Source: Eledone cirrhosa (lineage: Eukaryota). Taken from it: 64,000 nucleotides of DNA. Within the stretch, counting starts at the first letter, position 1, and each line of letters starts with the position of its first letter. The DNA lies in NCBI GenBank assembly GCA_964016885.1, contig OZ024741.1, positions 281,170,001-281,234,000 on the forward strand. Reading direction: 5' to 3'. Below, in pieces: positions 11,086 through 23,599 of this stretch. The position numbers were made by a program, and so were the translations under genes. A model generated the notes under the pieces. The model was given only the letters and a program-made list of their open reading frames with translations. It searched no databases and had not been told where the DNA came from.

Positions 11086-13617
11086 CCCTTTCCTTACCAA
11101 ACCGCCCAAAGCCGCCCGAAAAAAATTTTGGTTCATGTGAGCAAGCCGCCCAAAACCGCCCGTTCATATTTAAATGAGAATATCAGAGCAAATCTCATTA
11201 GTACATTCGTGAAAACACGTGGTTATACTGCGTAAACAATAGAGCTACAGTTTTGAACAACGATCGACGTGTTATTTTAATTCTGTGAACTTTGGGAGAT
11301 TTTTTTCCAAATTTGTTCCTGTTGTGTTTTGAAAATTTGTAATTCTGACAAAAAATGGATACCAATTTCATTCAGTCAAGCAACGAGTCAAAATTCAAAG
11401 GATTTTTCACTGAAGACCTTGAAAAATCTAACTCTATAACTGAAAAAAAAAAGCACGTGGTATTTGATAATGAATCCGATGTTTCATTTTCCGAAAGTGA
11501 AAACAGTGAATCCGAGAGCTCCGATGACAGCGATAAAGAAAACCAATTGGCACCTGAATGGAGTAAAAATTTAAAAACTGTTTCTTTCAGTGATTTTTGT
11601 GAAGAAACTGGACCAAGTCACATTCTATCCCAGGAGAGCAAAGCTTTAGACTATTTCCTTTTACTTTTTCCTATGAGCTTGTTTGAAATCATTACGGCGG
11701 AAACAAACCGTTACGCTGAAAGTAAACAAAGCGAAAAAAAGGATAGTTTGTGGTTTCCCACAAGCTTAAATGAAATTAGAGCATATTTTGCCATAAATAT
11801 TATTATGGGCATTAGATAGCTACCCAGAATTACAAATTACTGGAGTAGCAATGAACCTTTTGGAGACGAATATGTCTCAAGTATAATGACGGTTTTTAGA
11901 ATTGACGCAGTATTTACATGTAAGAGACACGAGCAGTACACCAGTACGGGGAGAACCAAACTATGATCCCTTATTTAAAATAAATGTTCAAAACACATAA
12001 AACAGTTTACAAACCAGGGAGATATTTATCTATCAATGAGGGTATGGTGGGCTATAAAGGCCGAGTGTGTTTTTGACAATATATGCCAGGAAAGCCCACA
12101 AAATGGGGTTTCAAAGTTTGGAAGATTTGCGAATCGAATACTGGGTACTGCTCTGGATTTGAATTTTATACTGGCAAAAGAGACAATTATATAAGTCAGC
12201 ATGGCCTAGGGTATGATGTGGTCTGGAATTTATCACTTCCATACAATAACCAGGGCTGTATATTATTTTTTGACCGGTTTTTCAGTTCGGTCAAACTTGC
12301 GGAGAATTTAGATACTGTGGCAACACATACATGTGCTACAGTGATCGCTAATAGAAAAGGACTGCCCTTGGATATAAAAAAAAAAATTGTGAAATAATTC
12401 AACGGCAGAAAGGAAATTTGCTAGCGACCGCATACAGAGATAAAAGGCAGATCAATTTTCTGTCTACCTGTGCATGGCCACATGTGGATGAAAATGGCAT
12501 CCTATTTGTGAATCTCGATTATAACAGGTACATGGGTGGTGTAGATTGGATGAATCAGATAATGTCTTATTATTCAGTTGGCAGATCGGGGAATAAATGG
12601 TGGCGATACCTTGTTTGGTATATAGTAAATATGAGTATTACTAATGCATTTATACTATATACCAAATCGAGACCGGCTCGAAAGTGATGCGACCATCTGC
12701 AGTTCCGAGCAGATATAGCAACACAATTAAGAGCTGATTATTCCTAAAAAAAAATAACTGTAGGGAGAAAAAACAAAGCCTGCCAGAGAGATATCCCTCT
12801 GAATTCAGCCGATCTCCATAAATTAGAAAAAATCGAGGGTCGCAAAAAGCAGTGTCGCGAATGCCTTCATAAAAAAAGGAAAGCTCCTAGTGGAATGTCT
12901 GTTGAAACAACTTTTCAATGTGCATTCTGCAAGGTTGCATTATGTAGAGCAGGGTGCTTTACAAGTTTTCATGATAGGAATATTGTTTGATTTGTATATA
13001 TGTGTGATTTTATTTTATTAATATTTTCAAATTTACTTCGTTTTTCTTTTTCTTTGTGTAATTTTAATTTACCTGTAAGGTGAGTGACGAGTTTTGATTA
13101 ATTTCTTTGTAAATCATTATTGTATATTTCTGCGTATCTATGTATGTGGGAGAGCTTATTTAATCTAGTTGATGGTGTGTGTGTATTTTGTTTTCTAGTT
13201 TTCTTCACAGACAAATTCCAGTCTTTCGTTTTATTTATACCTTTATGGTACACCTGTCTTTTGTGTGTTTAAATTCACCTGATAAATCCAGTAATGTGCA
13301 CAACTCTTCTATAGTAAAATTTTGTTGTATACCCAATTGAATATTAGCTAATAACCCATTTTCTATAGCGATGTTTGAACAAAATTTAAATAATTTCATA
13401 TTTTGTTGAATTTACCCGTATTTACCTGTAATTAGAGTTACTTTGAGACAAAGATTATGGAATAGAATTGGTTGAGAACCTTTCGTTAAATTTTCTTCCA
13501 AAAATAACATTAATATTAGAGTTATTTAATGAAACCAGACTAAATTTATGATTATGTTAGAAATTAATTGAAACACATAAGGGGTGTATTTTGGTTAGAA
13601 ATATGGTAACGAAAGGG
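11086..13617 (+). mobile_element. Full-length piggyBac DNA transposon with pseudogenised transposase
   Basis: TTAA duplications (11082-85, 13618-21); TIR CCCTTTCSTTACCA; ORF pieces 11355-12990 with KPTKWG, FDRFF, YNRYMGGVD and a C-terminal Cys-rich domain; several stops and frameshifts. Confidence 0.95.
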
Positions 13618-16600
13618 TTAAAGGATGTACCCTTACCTAAAAATAAGGAATATCTCAAACAACTCAGAAAAATAAGACTCCTTCATAAGAAGACTTAGAT
13701 GGCGTGCTTTCCATTTTGATAAAAAATCGGAAAACAAAATAAATAAATCCAAGTACAATTTTGATTTTATTTTCAAATCTAAGAAAAATCCTCCTTGCAA
13801 CAAACTACTAGCCGAATTTGAAAACGAAATAATCTCCATCATACAGAACATTAAATTTAAAAGGAACCAATTTATTGGCCAGGAGTACCTTAAAGGCCTC
13901 AAAAACAAAATAGACAGTCTAGAAAAAACAAAGAAGATCCTTGTAAAATCTGACAAAGTCAATAATTTATATGGTATGGAAAAGGACGAGTATAATAACC
14001 TAATACTGAAGGAACTCAGGAAAAACTACAAAAGGACATCAAATGAAGATCTTTCAACCCTAAATAGAGAAGCTTCGGAAATTATTTATAAATTAGGCAT
14101 TATACCCTTTATACCTAGAAAACCGAAGATTAACTTGAAGGACCACAAAAGAAACTTTGAAGTAGAACTACCAGTCAGACTCATTGCACTATCTAAATCT
14201 GACTTAGGCATAATTAGCAAGCATATACAAGATAGAATTATACCACTACTTAAAGAAAAATCACACCTTAAACTATGGAACGGTACTAATGAAGTAATAG
14301 ATTGGTTTAATAACATAAAATTAAAACATAAGAAAACATTTATTCAAATGGATATTGCAAATTACTATTCCTCTATTACCCCTAGCTTACTTAATAAGGC
14401 AATTATCTACGCTTCTAAACATACAGACCTATCTAGTGAAGAAATGAATATCATTCTAACCGCACATAAAACCCTAATAGAATTTAATAACAATCTCTGG
14501 ACAAGAGCTGACAGACAAAACAATTTTGATATTACTATGGGATCATTTGACTCGGCGCAAGTAACAGACCTCGTTGGATTATTTATTAATAATGTACTGC
14601 ATAGAAAAATGCCAGAGATGATCGGCGGTTTATATCGGGACGATATGTTTCTTTTAATCGAAAACCATAGCAATAGTGAAATTAATAGGAAAAAGAAATC
14701 CATAATACAGTTTTTCAACAACTACAACCTTAATTTAGAAATCGAGAATAATTATAAAATCGTTAACTTCTTAGATGTAACTTTAAACCTTAGCTCAGGT
14801 CTTTATTATCCATTCCATAAAATTAATGAAAATCTAAATTACGTAAGTTTCAATTCTAATCATCCTAGAAATATAAAAAATACTATTGTCAATAGTGTCC
14901 AGCAATGGATTTCACGCATCTCCGCTAATAAAAATATTTTTGATAATAAGGCAGAATATTACAATGAGGCTTTACATAGAGCAGGATACTCGAATAAAAT
15001 TAAATACTTAGACAACAATAACATGATAAATCATCCTAAAATTCATTATAATAAGAATAAGCAATTCAACTTAAATAGTAAACCAAACAAAATAAACTAG
15101 AACTAGAAATATTATTTGGTACTCTCCTCCATTCTCATTAGGCATTAAAACACCTGTAGCAAAACTATTTTTCAAAGCACTGGATAAGTGTTTTCCTAAA
15201 GCCCATAGATACCACTCTATTTTTAACAGACACACTATAGAACTATCTTACTCTACTACTATGAACATAGCACAAAATATAAATAGAATTAATAATAGAA
15301 ACTTAAATTTAAACCCTAACCAAACAAACCAAGCTAACAATAATAATATTTCTAATAACAATATTCATACTAATAGTACCGTTTCTAGTAACAACAACTC
15401 CCGAAAATGTAACTGTAGAATCGAATCAAACTGCCCTTTACAAAACAATCGCTTAGACAAAAACTTGATTTATAAATGCACAGTAAAAACTAGAGACAAA
15501 ATATTTAACTATATAGGTGCCACTTCTACAAAATTCAAAGAATGCTGGTGCAACCACAAACATACATTTAATAGGTCCAGTAAAAAATCTTGCACTTCAC
15601 TTTCACATCTAATTTGGAATTTAAAGGACAATAATATAAACTATTCAATATCTTGGGGAACTTGCATACCGAAATATGGCTTTCTCAAGAATCTCATTTG
15701 TGTATCGAGGAAATTTTTTTATATAATTAACTGTCAAAATTCTATTAATTTAAAAAGCGAAATATTTAGTTCTTGCAGACATCGCCAAAAATCCACTTTC
15801 CGAAGTATTTTTAATCTATAATATTCATTAGACTTGACTACATCTTATACATCTTTAAAATGATCCCGTTATTTACTGAGGTTTTTTTTTTTTAAATTAA
15901 AATTTTTTTAAATGATCTTTCTTCTTAAATTTAGTATTTTTACCAATTGATATTCTTTTCCTAATGATACTCTTCTTAATCTATTTTTTAGATTTATATA
16001 TATTTTTTAGATTGATATTTTTTAATTGATATTCTGAAAGATATCCTCTTTACGGTAGTTCTTCTAAATGCACTCTCGACTTATCTAATAATACATTTTT
16101 CCTCTCTTTAATCTTCAAACTTTTCACACATCTTTCGACGTAGATAATATATAATTGAAATTCTCATCATTGAAAACATGTAATATAAAATACCTTATAA
16201 TCTCACACATAATAATATATAATTTTCTCTACATACTTTCTGTATTTTCTAAGAAAATTATTCATCAAATCTAATTTTAATAGTTTAACAAATAATATTG
16301 GAGTTATCTCTTCCTTTACAATTGAGCAAACATAGACATAATAACTTGTATGATAAATTATGTAATTTTGCTAAATTAATAATGTTCTGAAAAAATGTTC
16401 AATGTTGGATGAAAATATTTGAATCTACAAATTGTTCTTCTCTTATAATTTGAACTACGTCTTTTTCTTAAATATTTATGTAAAATGTAAACAAATTAAT
16501 ATGTGTGTTTTATATCTATATAATCACCAATAATACTTATATTTATAGACTTAGTAATCTATATAGATATTTATATACTTACAACCTGTTGCAATATAAT

Positions 16601-17019
16601 AAGATAAAATGTACTTACAACCATAATTCTTCATATAATCTAATTGATTATATATATAATATTATAACTCATAATTTAGCTAAACATTTAAAAAATTCTG
16701 GAATCATATTCCACCACTCCAACAAACTGTTAATTCTTAACGTTTCAATCTTTTTAAATTCACGTAAATACAAGCTGTTCTTCCTTCTCTTTCTTCTTCG
16801 TATACATATATATATCCTAATAATTATTTAAATCTACCTAACGTCTAAAAATAACGTTTTTTTTCAGCCCTATGCCTCAACCTCATTTGCATATTCATCT
16901 TAATAATTTGAAATATTTGTTTTTCCTCTCTTCCCCTTTTTCCTTTTACTATCCTGGTAAAACTTGAACCATGAAGGTCTCGTTCCTGGATATGTCAATA
17001 TTTATAATAACAAACTTTG

Positions 17020-17080
17020 TATTTTATCTGATGAGAGCGTACCAAAGTTGTGGTACCCTTGAAATATATATAATAGAATA
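17020..17080 (+). ncRNA. Type I minimal hammerhead ribozyme (PLE pLTR)
   Basis: TATTTTAT-CTGATGA-GAGCGTACCA(aagttg)TGGTACCCTT-GAAA-TATATA-TA-ATAGAATA; stems I and II pair, stem III is palindromic. Confidence 0.85.
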
Positions 17081-17214
17081 AATATGGTTTTATAAATATA
17101 GTTTCCATTTATTAATATCATTGATATATATATATACACACCTGAAACAGAGGGTCGGGAGCACCCCTCAGTTGCTAAACAAAGGGTCAGAAGGAGCCTT
17201 CCGTCACGTCAAGG

Positions 17215-17517
17215 ACATGATAGCCTCCCTAGTGTTGGTGATCTACATGATAAATGTGCTCAATACATGCTGTAAATTGGTTGGTGTTAGAAAGGGCATC
17301 CGGTCATAGAAAGCTTGCCAAATTAATGGTTGGGAGGATCATCTGTTGTATGAAAGACATGACAACCTGTCCTGTGCACTTGGTAGAATGTGAGACTGCA
17401 CATAAGTAAGATGGCAAATCCCTGGCTGGGAGATCAGTAGCCACCGCTTCAGTACTGACATAGTCAAAGCCTTGCTAATAGAGAAAGCAAACATTAAAAC
17501 AACAATGATGATGATAA
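17215..17517 (+). mobile_element. RTE-tailed SINE-like repeat
   Basis: TTGGTGTTAGAAAGGGCATCC motif and (GAT)n tail. Confidence 0.55.
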
Positions 17518-17522
17518 TATAT

Positions 17523-17565
<43 letters not shown>

Positions 17566-17914
17566 GTACAAGGATCGGAATTAAGAGTATTCTGCAGTTC
17601 ACAGTAATAATAATAATAATAATAATAATAATATTAGCTCAAAGAAGAATAGAGAATTTTCTTCTGAGCTCGGATACAAATATATTACACAAATAGAAGT
17701 GTGTTACTCTTAATTCCGATCCTTGTACTTAACGAGCTCCAAATTGTTGAGCTAATAAATTCGAATGGTTGGGCTGCTCTCCCTAGCATTTTCCCCAATC
17801 CATGAGAACCGTTATTTGATGCAAATAACACGTGATTTTGCCCTACCCTGGGCAGCGTGTATATTAGCTTTCTCTCCATCCATGAGGCTAGATGTGTAGT
17901 AAACAGAATCCACA

Positions 17915-17989
17915 TTTGCTGACTGATGAACCTGTGGCTGTTAAACTGCACATTTCTGTGGCGAAACGAACTTAATTCCTATCAGCAAA
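17915..17989 (+). ncRNA. Type I hammerhead ribozyme motif
   Basis: TTTGCTGA-CTGATGA-...-GAAA-CGAA(cttaa)TTCC-TA-TCAGCAAA; perfect 8-bp stem I. Confidence 0.7.
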
Positions 17990-18179
17990 CTTATAGTTAT
18001 AAGGTTAGTAATTTAAAACTCTACTTCAGAGATTTGATTCTGACTTAGGTTTTTTTCTATTTAATTGCTAAGCCTGTAGATATTGTTTTCTATACAGTAA
18101 CGGTAAAAATCACTTGTAATAATCCTTTACACACATTTCACTGTGTAACACACTTCTATTTGTGTAATATATTTATATA

Positions 18180-18404
18180 TATATTTCGTTTCTGAATTTG
18201 TTTAGCAAGATTCTTTATCTGAAATCGTGTGTTGAAACCGATATTGTTATACTTTGGGAGGGTCATGTTGCCAACCAACCAAAAATTTATAAGTTTGTAA
18301 ATTTGTAAATTTATAAATTTATAAATATATAATAAACTGAAGTGAAAGCAACTGGTGCGTGTGTTTCTTATTGGCAACATGACCCTCCCAAAGCATAACA
18401 ATAT
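18180..18404. mobile_element. Inverted pair of 3'-end fragments of the PLE family at 25410-26860
   Basis: 18180-18274 is the reverse complement of about 26765-26860; 18271-18404 is a direct copy of about 26693-26797. Confidence 0.85.
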
Positions 18405-18460
18405 TTATATATATATATATATGAAATATAAGAATCAAAGAACTGTTCAAAACATTATTG

Positions 18461-18507
18461 TGCTTACAGCTGTTTCCTCCAAACCGAGGTTTGGATTCTT
18501 CGGAGCA
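18461..18507 (-). ncRNA. Hammerhead ribozyme motif with one core substitution
   Basis: Minus strand TGCT-CCGAAGA-A-TCCAAAC(ctcg)GTTTGGA-G-GAAA-CAGCTG-TA-AGCA. Confidence 0.65.
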
Positions 18508-19350
18508 ATTTATCAATGCATGGACAGTTATATGACCTCCCTTTCAGCCGAGAGACATACCAATACATATTCAAACATTGATACATATTCAAACATTGTG
18601 GGTCAACATTCATTACAGAATTTAGAGTGGCAGTACACACTTCAAGATTACATTTATATATATACACATATATATACATATATATATACATATATGTATA
18701 CATAAGCTGGAAGGACAAACATAAACACAACAAATATATAGATGGAAAAATTAGTTTTTAAATCATTTTTGATTCTTTACATGTTTCAGTAATTCTATGT
18801 ATAATGCCACATTTCACAATGCTCTTGAAACATATGTAAAGAATTAAAAATTATTTAAAAACTAATTTTTTCGTCTATGTATTTGATTATATATATATAG
18901 ATATATATATATGATTGAACGTCTGAAAGTATATACTTTCCTTATGCATATTAATGGCTGAGCAGCCTAATTTGCATATCGATTGAGTTAATCGGCCGGG
19001 CGCACCGAAAACAATAAATGGAAAAAATGAAACAAAATTTCATTTCTCACTCTTAGTACGGATGTTACTTAAATATATGTAAACGTACATACATATATGT
19101 ATACAGACGTACAGTAGTATGTATATATATACATACATGCACACATATATATATGTATGTATGGATTTACCGAGCATTTATTATAATGCTCGGTTTGTCT
19201 GTATACATATATGTATGTATGTATACATACATATATGTATACATACAAGTTGCAGCCGCGGTTAGCATTTTTTGAAATCAATCCTCTGAGGCTGGCACAA
19301 AACACTCAATGAAAAGATATCGATCGATCGATATATATATATATATATAT

Positions 19351-19708
19351 GGTTGATGGGTGCTGCTCGAGAATGCTGAGGATGGCTCTGAACATTAATC
19401 AGTATACACTGAGGATGAAGAACTCAGAGCTGTACGGGAGCCTCCCAAAAGTCAGCTCGAGAGTAGCACTGAGGAACTGAGGTTAGCTGGACATGGTCAC
19501 CGACATCCAGAGTTGACATTGCACTCAGTGGTCCTGTGGGAGCCCCTGCATGGGCACACTGGAAGAGGAAGACCGAGGTTGACATATGTTGATGCCCTAA
19601 GGACAGACACTGGTCTGTTGGAGACACACGACATGGCAGCGATGATGAGGGACAGAGACCGCTGAAGAGACTCGACCATGGATCTCGGGAATTTTACCCG
19701 CCCTAGAC

Positions 19709-19710
<2 letters not shown>
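19351..19710 (+). mobile_element. 3' fragment of an RTE-group LINE
   Basis: Reads ...ELYGSLPKVS...LRLAGH.HRHPE...LWEP.HG..GRGRPRLTYVD, a typical RTE-group C-terminus. Confidence 0.7.
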
Positions 19711-19753
<43 letters not shown>

Positions 19754-20200
19754 ATGAAAAGAAAGAAGAATACTGCGTGGTTTGCACATGGGTTACATAT
19801 GATAAAAATAGTCCTTCGTCAGTGATTGTCCAACCATCATTGGTATTTCATCTCATTAAAAATCATATACCTCAGGTTGGTGCGAGCAATAACTAAAAAA
19901 AGTTATTGGGACCAGTAATTCGCGTAAAGCGAGGGGGACAAGTAAACAACATAGAAGGATAAAAGCAAACCGAAGATAGGAAAATAAACAAGCAACATGG
20001 TTGTCCGGTCAGCGTAATCTGGGTGGATTTATTTAAGTAACAGCCGTAATAAGAGTGAGAAATGAAATTTCGTTTCATTTTTTCCATTTATTGTTTTCGG
20101 TGTGCCTGGCCGATTAACTCACTCTATGTGCAAATTAGGCTGCTCAGCTGTTAATATGCATAAGGAAAGTATATACTTTCAGACGTTCAATCATCTGGCA

Positions 20201-20255
20201 GGAAGGTATACAGTGCTGACGATAGCTAATAAGCTTGAAACTAGTACATCGTTCC
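20201..20255 (+). ncRNA. Type I minimal hammerhead ribozyme motif
   Basis: GGAA(ggtata)CAGTG-CTGACGA-T-AGCT(aata)AGCT-T-GAAA-CTAG-TA-CATCG-TTCC. Confidence 0.7.
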
Positions 20256-20676
20256 TTTGTCAGTGTTGAACAAAAGGGCGACGATGGTTGCTAAACACTG
20301 TACGGTTTAATTCGGGATGTTTGTTTACAAACAAACCGAGCATTATAATAAATGCTCGGTAAATCCATACATACATATATATGTGTGCATGTATGTATAT
20401 ATATACATACTACTGTACGTCTATACATATATGTATGTATGTATACATACTGATATATATATATATAGAGAGAGAGATGAACAAGGAAAAACAACACTGG
20501 AGAACAACAGACTACAAAGATGATACATATTAGTTTAATGCTTGATGTAGTAGTTTTAACATTTCAGACGTTAGTCCTTCATTGGAAAATAGAATTAGAG
20601 AGAGAAAAAAAAATAGAAAGCTAGGCAAGAGTAAGTAGGAAAATAATTTTTTCAGTCGGAAAACAGATGTGTGCGT

Positions 20677-20688
20677 ACACACACACAC

Positions 20689-20771
<83 letters not shown>

Positions 20772-20789
20772 CACACACACACACACACA
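20677..20789. repeat. (CA)n microsatellite
   Basis: Direct observation. Confidence 0.98.
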
Positions 20790-21123
20790 GTTTTGGTTGC
20801 TAGCCTTGAATTGTTTATCATTTGGCCTAAAAATGGTGAACAGTAGGCTGTGTTACCTAGGTAAACTAATTAGAATGTTCACAAGACTGAGACTGCACAT
20901 CCTTGCAAAACTCTATTCACTTTTGGGGTTTTGCCAACATCTGGCTCCTGGTGTTTGGTACAACCTTACTTTGTTGATGAAGTTTCATAGTTCTAATGAA
21001 CATTGAAACATGTTCTGGCTAAATAAAATTGGTGAGGAGTAAAAAGAAAAAAAAAGAAGAAAGTATTTTTAGAATCTGAAAGAAAAAAATATATAGCTAA
21101 AAAAATTAAACAATTAGATTGGC

Positions 21124-21375
21124 CATCTTCATCATCATCATCATCCTTGTCCTCATCATACTTATCATCACCATCATCATCCTTGTCCTCATCATACTTA
21201 TCATTACCATCATCATCATAGTTATCATCATCATCATCATCATCATCATTGTCCTCATCATACTCATCATCATCATCATTGTCCTCATCATACTTATCAT
21301 CATCATGATCCTTGTCATACTCATCGTTACCACCATACTCATCGCCATCATACTCATCAACTTCATCATCATCAT
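21124..21375. repeat. Degenerate (CAT)n repeat, probably an expanded RTE-type tail
   Basis: Adjacent to an RTE-tail motif at about 21375-21415. Confidence 0.85.
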
Positions 21376-21519
21376 TTAACATCTGTTTTCCTGATAGCAA
21401 GGGTTGGATGGGTTGTCACTGACCAAGGCAGTACTTAATTGGATCCAATGATCTCACAGATGGGCCAGGATCTCATCTCATATATATTCCCTCACTCTAC
21501 AATAATTATGTGAAGGATT

Positions 21520-22268
21520 ATAAATACTTTCATTATCATATATCTAATGAAATACATTGCCTATGTTTAACCCTTTCATTACCATATAACTGATGAAAGA
21601 CAGTGCCTAAGTTTAACCCTTTCATTACAATACATCTATTGAAAGACAGTGCCTATGTTTAAGCCTTTCATTACAATACATCTATTGAAAGACAGTGCCT
21701 AAGTTTAACCCTTTCATTACAATACATCTATTGAAAGACAGTGCCTAAGTTTAACCCTTTCATTACAATACATCTATTGAAAGACAGTGCCTATGTTTAA
21801 CCCTTTCATTACCATATAACTGATGAAAGACAGTGCCTAAGTTTAACCCTTTCATTACAATACATCTATTGAAAGACAGTGCCTAAGTTTAACCCTTTCA
21901 TTACAATACATCTATTGAAAGACTGTGCCTAAGTTTAACCCTTTCATTACAATACATCTATTGAAAGACAGTGCCTATGTTTAACCCTTTCATTACAATA
22001 CATCTATTGAAAGACAGTGCCTATGTTTAACCCTTTCATTACAATACATCTATTGAAAGACAGTGCCTATGTTTAACCCTTTCATTACCATATAACTGAT
22101 GAAAATTAATAAAAGACACTGCCTATGATTTTCAAATATCTTTTTAAATGATAAAAAATTTTGAGGGAATTGAAACAGAACTTAACTGATGTTCTTACAT
22201 AAAATTGTAATGAAAGATTTTTAGTTAGATATAAAGACTTTCAGGCACTTTGTTATGATAAGGGTTAA
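21520..22268 (+). repeat. 46-bp tandem array (12 units) of a piggyBac-MITE terminus, followed by the MITE body
   Basis: Units start every 46 bp from 21566 to 22072 with TTTAACCCTTTCATTAC; the element ends AGGG-TTAA at 22268. Confidence 0.9.
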
Positions 22269-22421
22269 TAGATGAAGTTGTTAATATTGCCACTGCTGCT
22301 ACAGGTAGTTGTTGTTTTTGTTGTTGTTGAGCTGGCATTGATCATAGAAATAACTAGATGACTGTAAACTAGATATACATTGTTTCACTCTACTAGTGGG
22401 TGGGTGGGGTAGGGGGTCATA

Positions 22422-22620
22422 TAGAGTATTTAATGGTGCATGGCAAAGTGTGAATGTAGCATATTCTGTCATGTAGTGTATTTAATGGTGCATGGTAAAG
22501 TGTGAATGTAGCATATTCTGTCATGTAGCATACTTAATGGTGTTTGGCAAAGTGTAGGATGTAACATATTCTGTCATGTAGTGTACTTAATGGTGTATGG
22601 CAAAGTGTGAATGTAGCATG
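22422..22620. repeat. Minisatellite, about 4 copies of a ~52-bp unit
   Basis: Repeated TTAATGGTGCATGGCAAAGTGTGAATGTAGCATATTCTGTCATGTAG. Confidence 0.85.
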
Positions 22621-22784
22621 GCCAAATAGCCAAAGGGTTCACTTTGTATCATAAGGTACTAGTTTCAGTAATTCAATGGTAAGGCAATTCAGTTTATTGG
22701 ACTGTTGGAATACTCATCCTTCAGCCCAACACTGATTTATTTATGTATATTTACTTAATGTGTAAGATTGAAAAGAAAACAAAA

Positions 22785-22962
22785 AGGAGAGAAGCTGATT
22801 GTCAGTTTGGACCAAGGAAACAATGTTTCCATTGGTCCTTCCATTGCTGATACTATCTGTCTGTCACAACTAGCAGAAGAAAGGAGCTGATTGTCAGATC
22901 AAACCTCAGAAATAATGTTTCTATTGGTCTTTCCATTGCTAATACTATCTGTCTGTCACAAC
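22785..22962. repeat. Tandem duplication, two copies of about 91 bp
   Basis: AGCTGATTGTCAG...TACTATCTGTCTGTCACAACT occurs twice. Confidence 0.75.
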
Positions 22963-23532
22963 TTCTGGCAGAAGGAGGTGTGATTTGAACTCAGAATGCA
23001 CTGAGCCAGTCAGATACTAACTCATTGCACCCCTTCTGACACTTTTAACAATTCTGTCAATCCACTTTATATATATATATTTATTGACCCAAACAGGATA
23101 AAAGACAAAGTTGGCTTTGACAGGATTTGAACTCAGGGTAAGCTGGAACAAATACTGAGCCATTTAATCCAATGCCCTAATGAATCTGCCAATTCAACAT
23201 CTAAAGAAAGACTAAAAACTAGGTGAAAGATAGTGTAAACTAAAATATTCTAAACTTAACCAATACTTCTGTAAATAAGCCCTATATTTATGACAAGTTA
23301 TCAGCAGAAGGTGATTACTGTATTACTGAAGGAACAGATATATCAGATATCTTTTATGCCTATTTTTAAAATCTTATTTTGTTTTTAATTCTAATTTCAA
23401 AACTGTTGCACCTGATTTTGGTCTTAGTAATCTTTTGAGATTACAGTATATCATCATCATCATCTGTAAATAAATGAACAACTTGGATGTTCATTACTAC
23501 TGTTACTTACCATTGGCTTATCTTCATGTGTA

Positions 23533-23564
<32 letters not shown>

Positions 23565-23599
23565 GAATGTAGAAAAGTAACACATGAGTTGATATATAT

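Larger units (their letters stand above)
10942..17122 (+). mobile_element. Penelope-like element (Naiad-like), disrupted, interrupted by piggyBac
   Basis: Reconstructed N-terminus MKFFRISSSLKDVPLP...FIRRLRWRAF; RT with FDITMGSFD and LYRDD (13976-15100); CNCR..CPL linker plus IYKC...YIG endonuclease (15261-15821); 3' hammerhead; (TA)n on both flanks. Confidence 0.88.
18911..20460. mobile_element. Non-coding PLE-like terminal module with a rearranged inverted copy
   Basis: 18911-19074 is inverted relative to 20030-20194 and about 19080-19200 relative to about 20330-20450; hammerhead at 20201-20255; (TA)n flanks. Confidence 0.7.

Noticed and set aside
15261-15821. Selenoprotein-type Naiad (UGA at conserved Cys)
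   Set aside because: The linker cysteines are TGT/TGC (one mutated to CGC); no in-frame TGA at those positions
19790-19830. CTGACGAAGG on the minus strand as a hammerhead
   Set aside because: No convincing stem II closure or GAAA found
21566-22110. Possible CRISPR array or hammerheads (CTGATGA in variant A units)
   Set aside because: Whole units repeat without spacers, and CTGATGA has no stem II/GAAA/stem I arrangement
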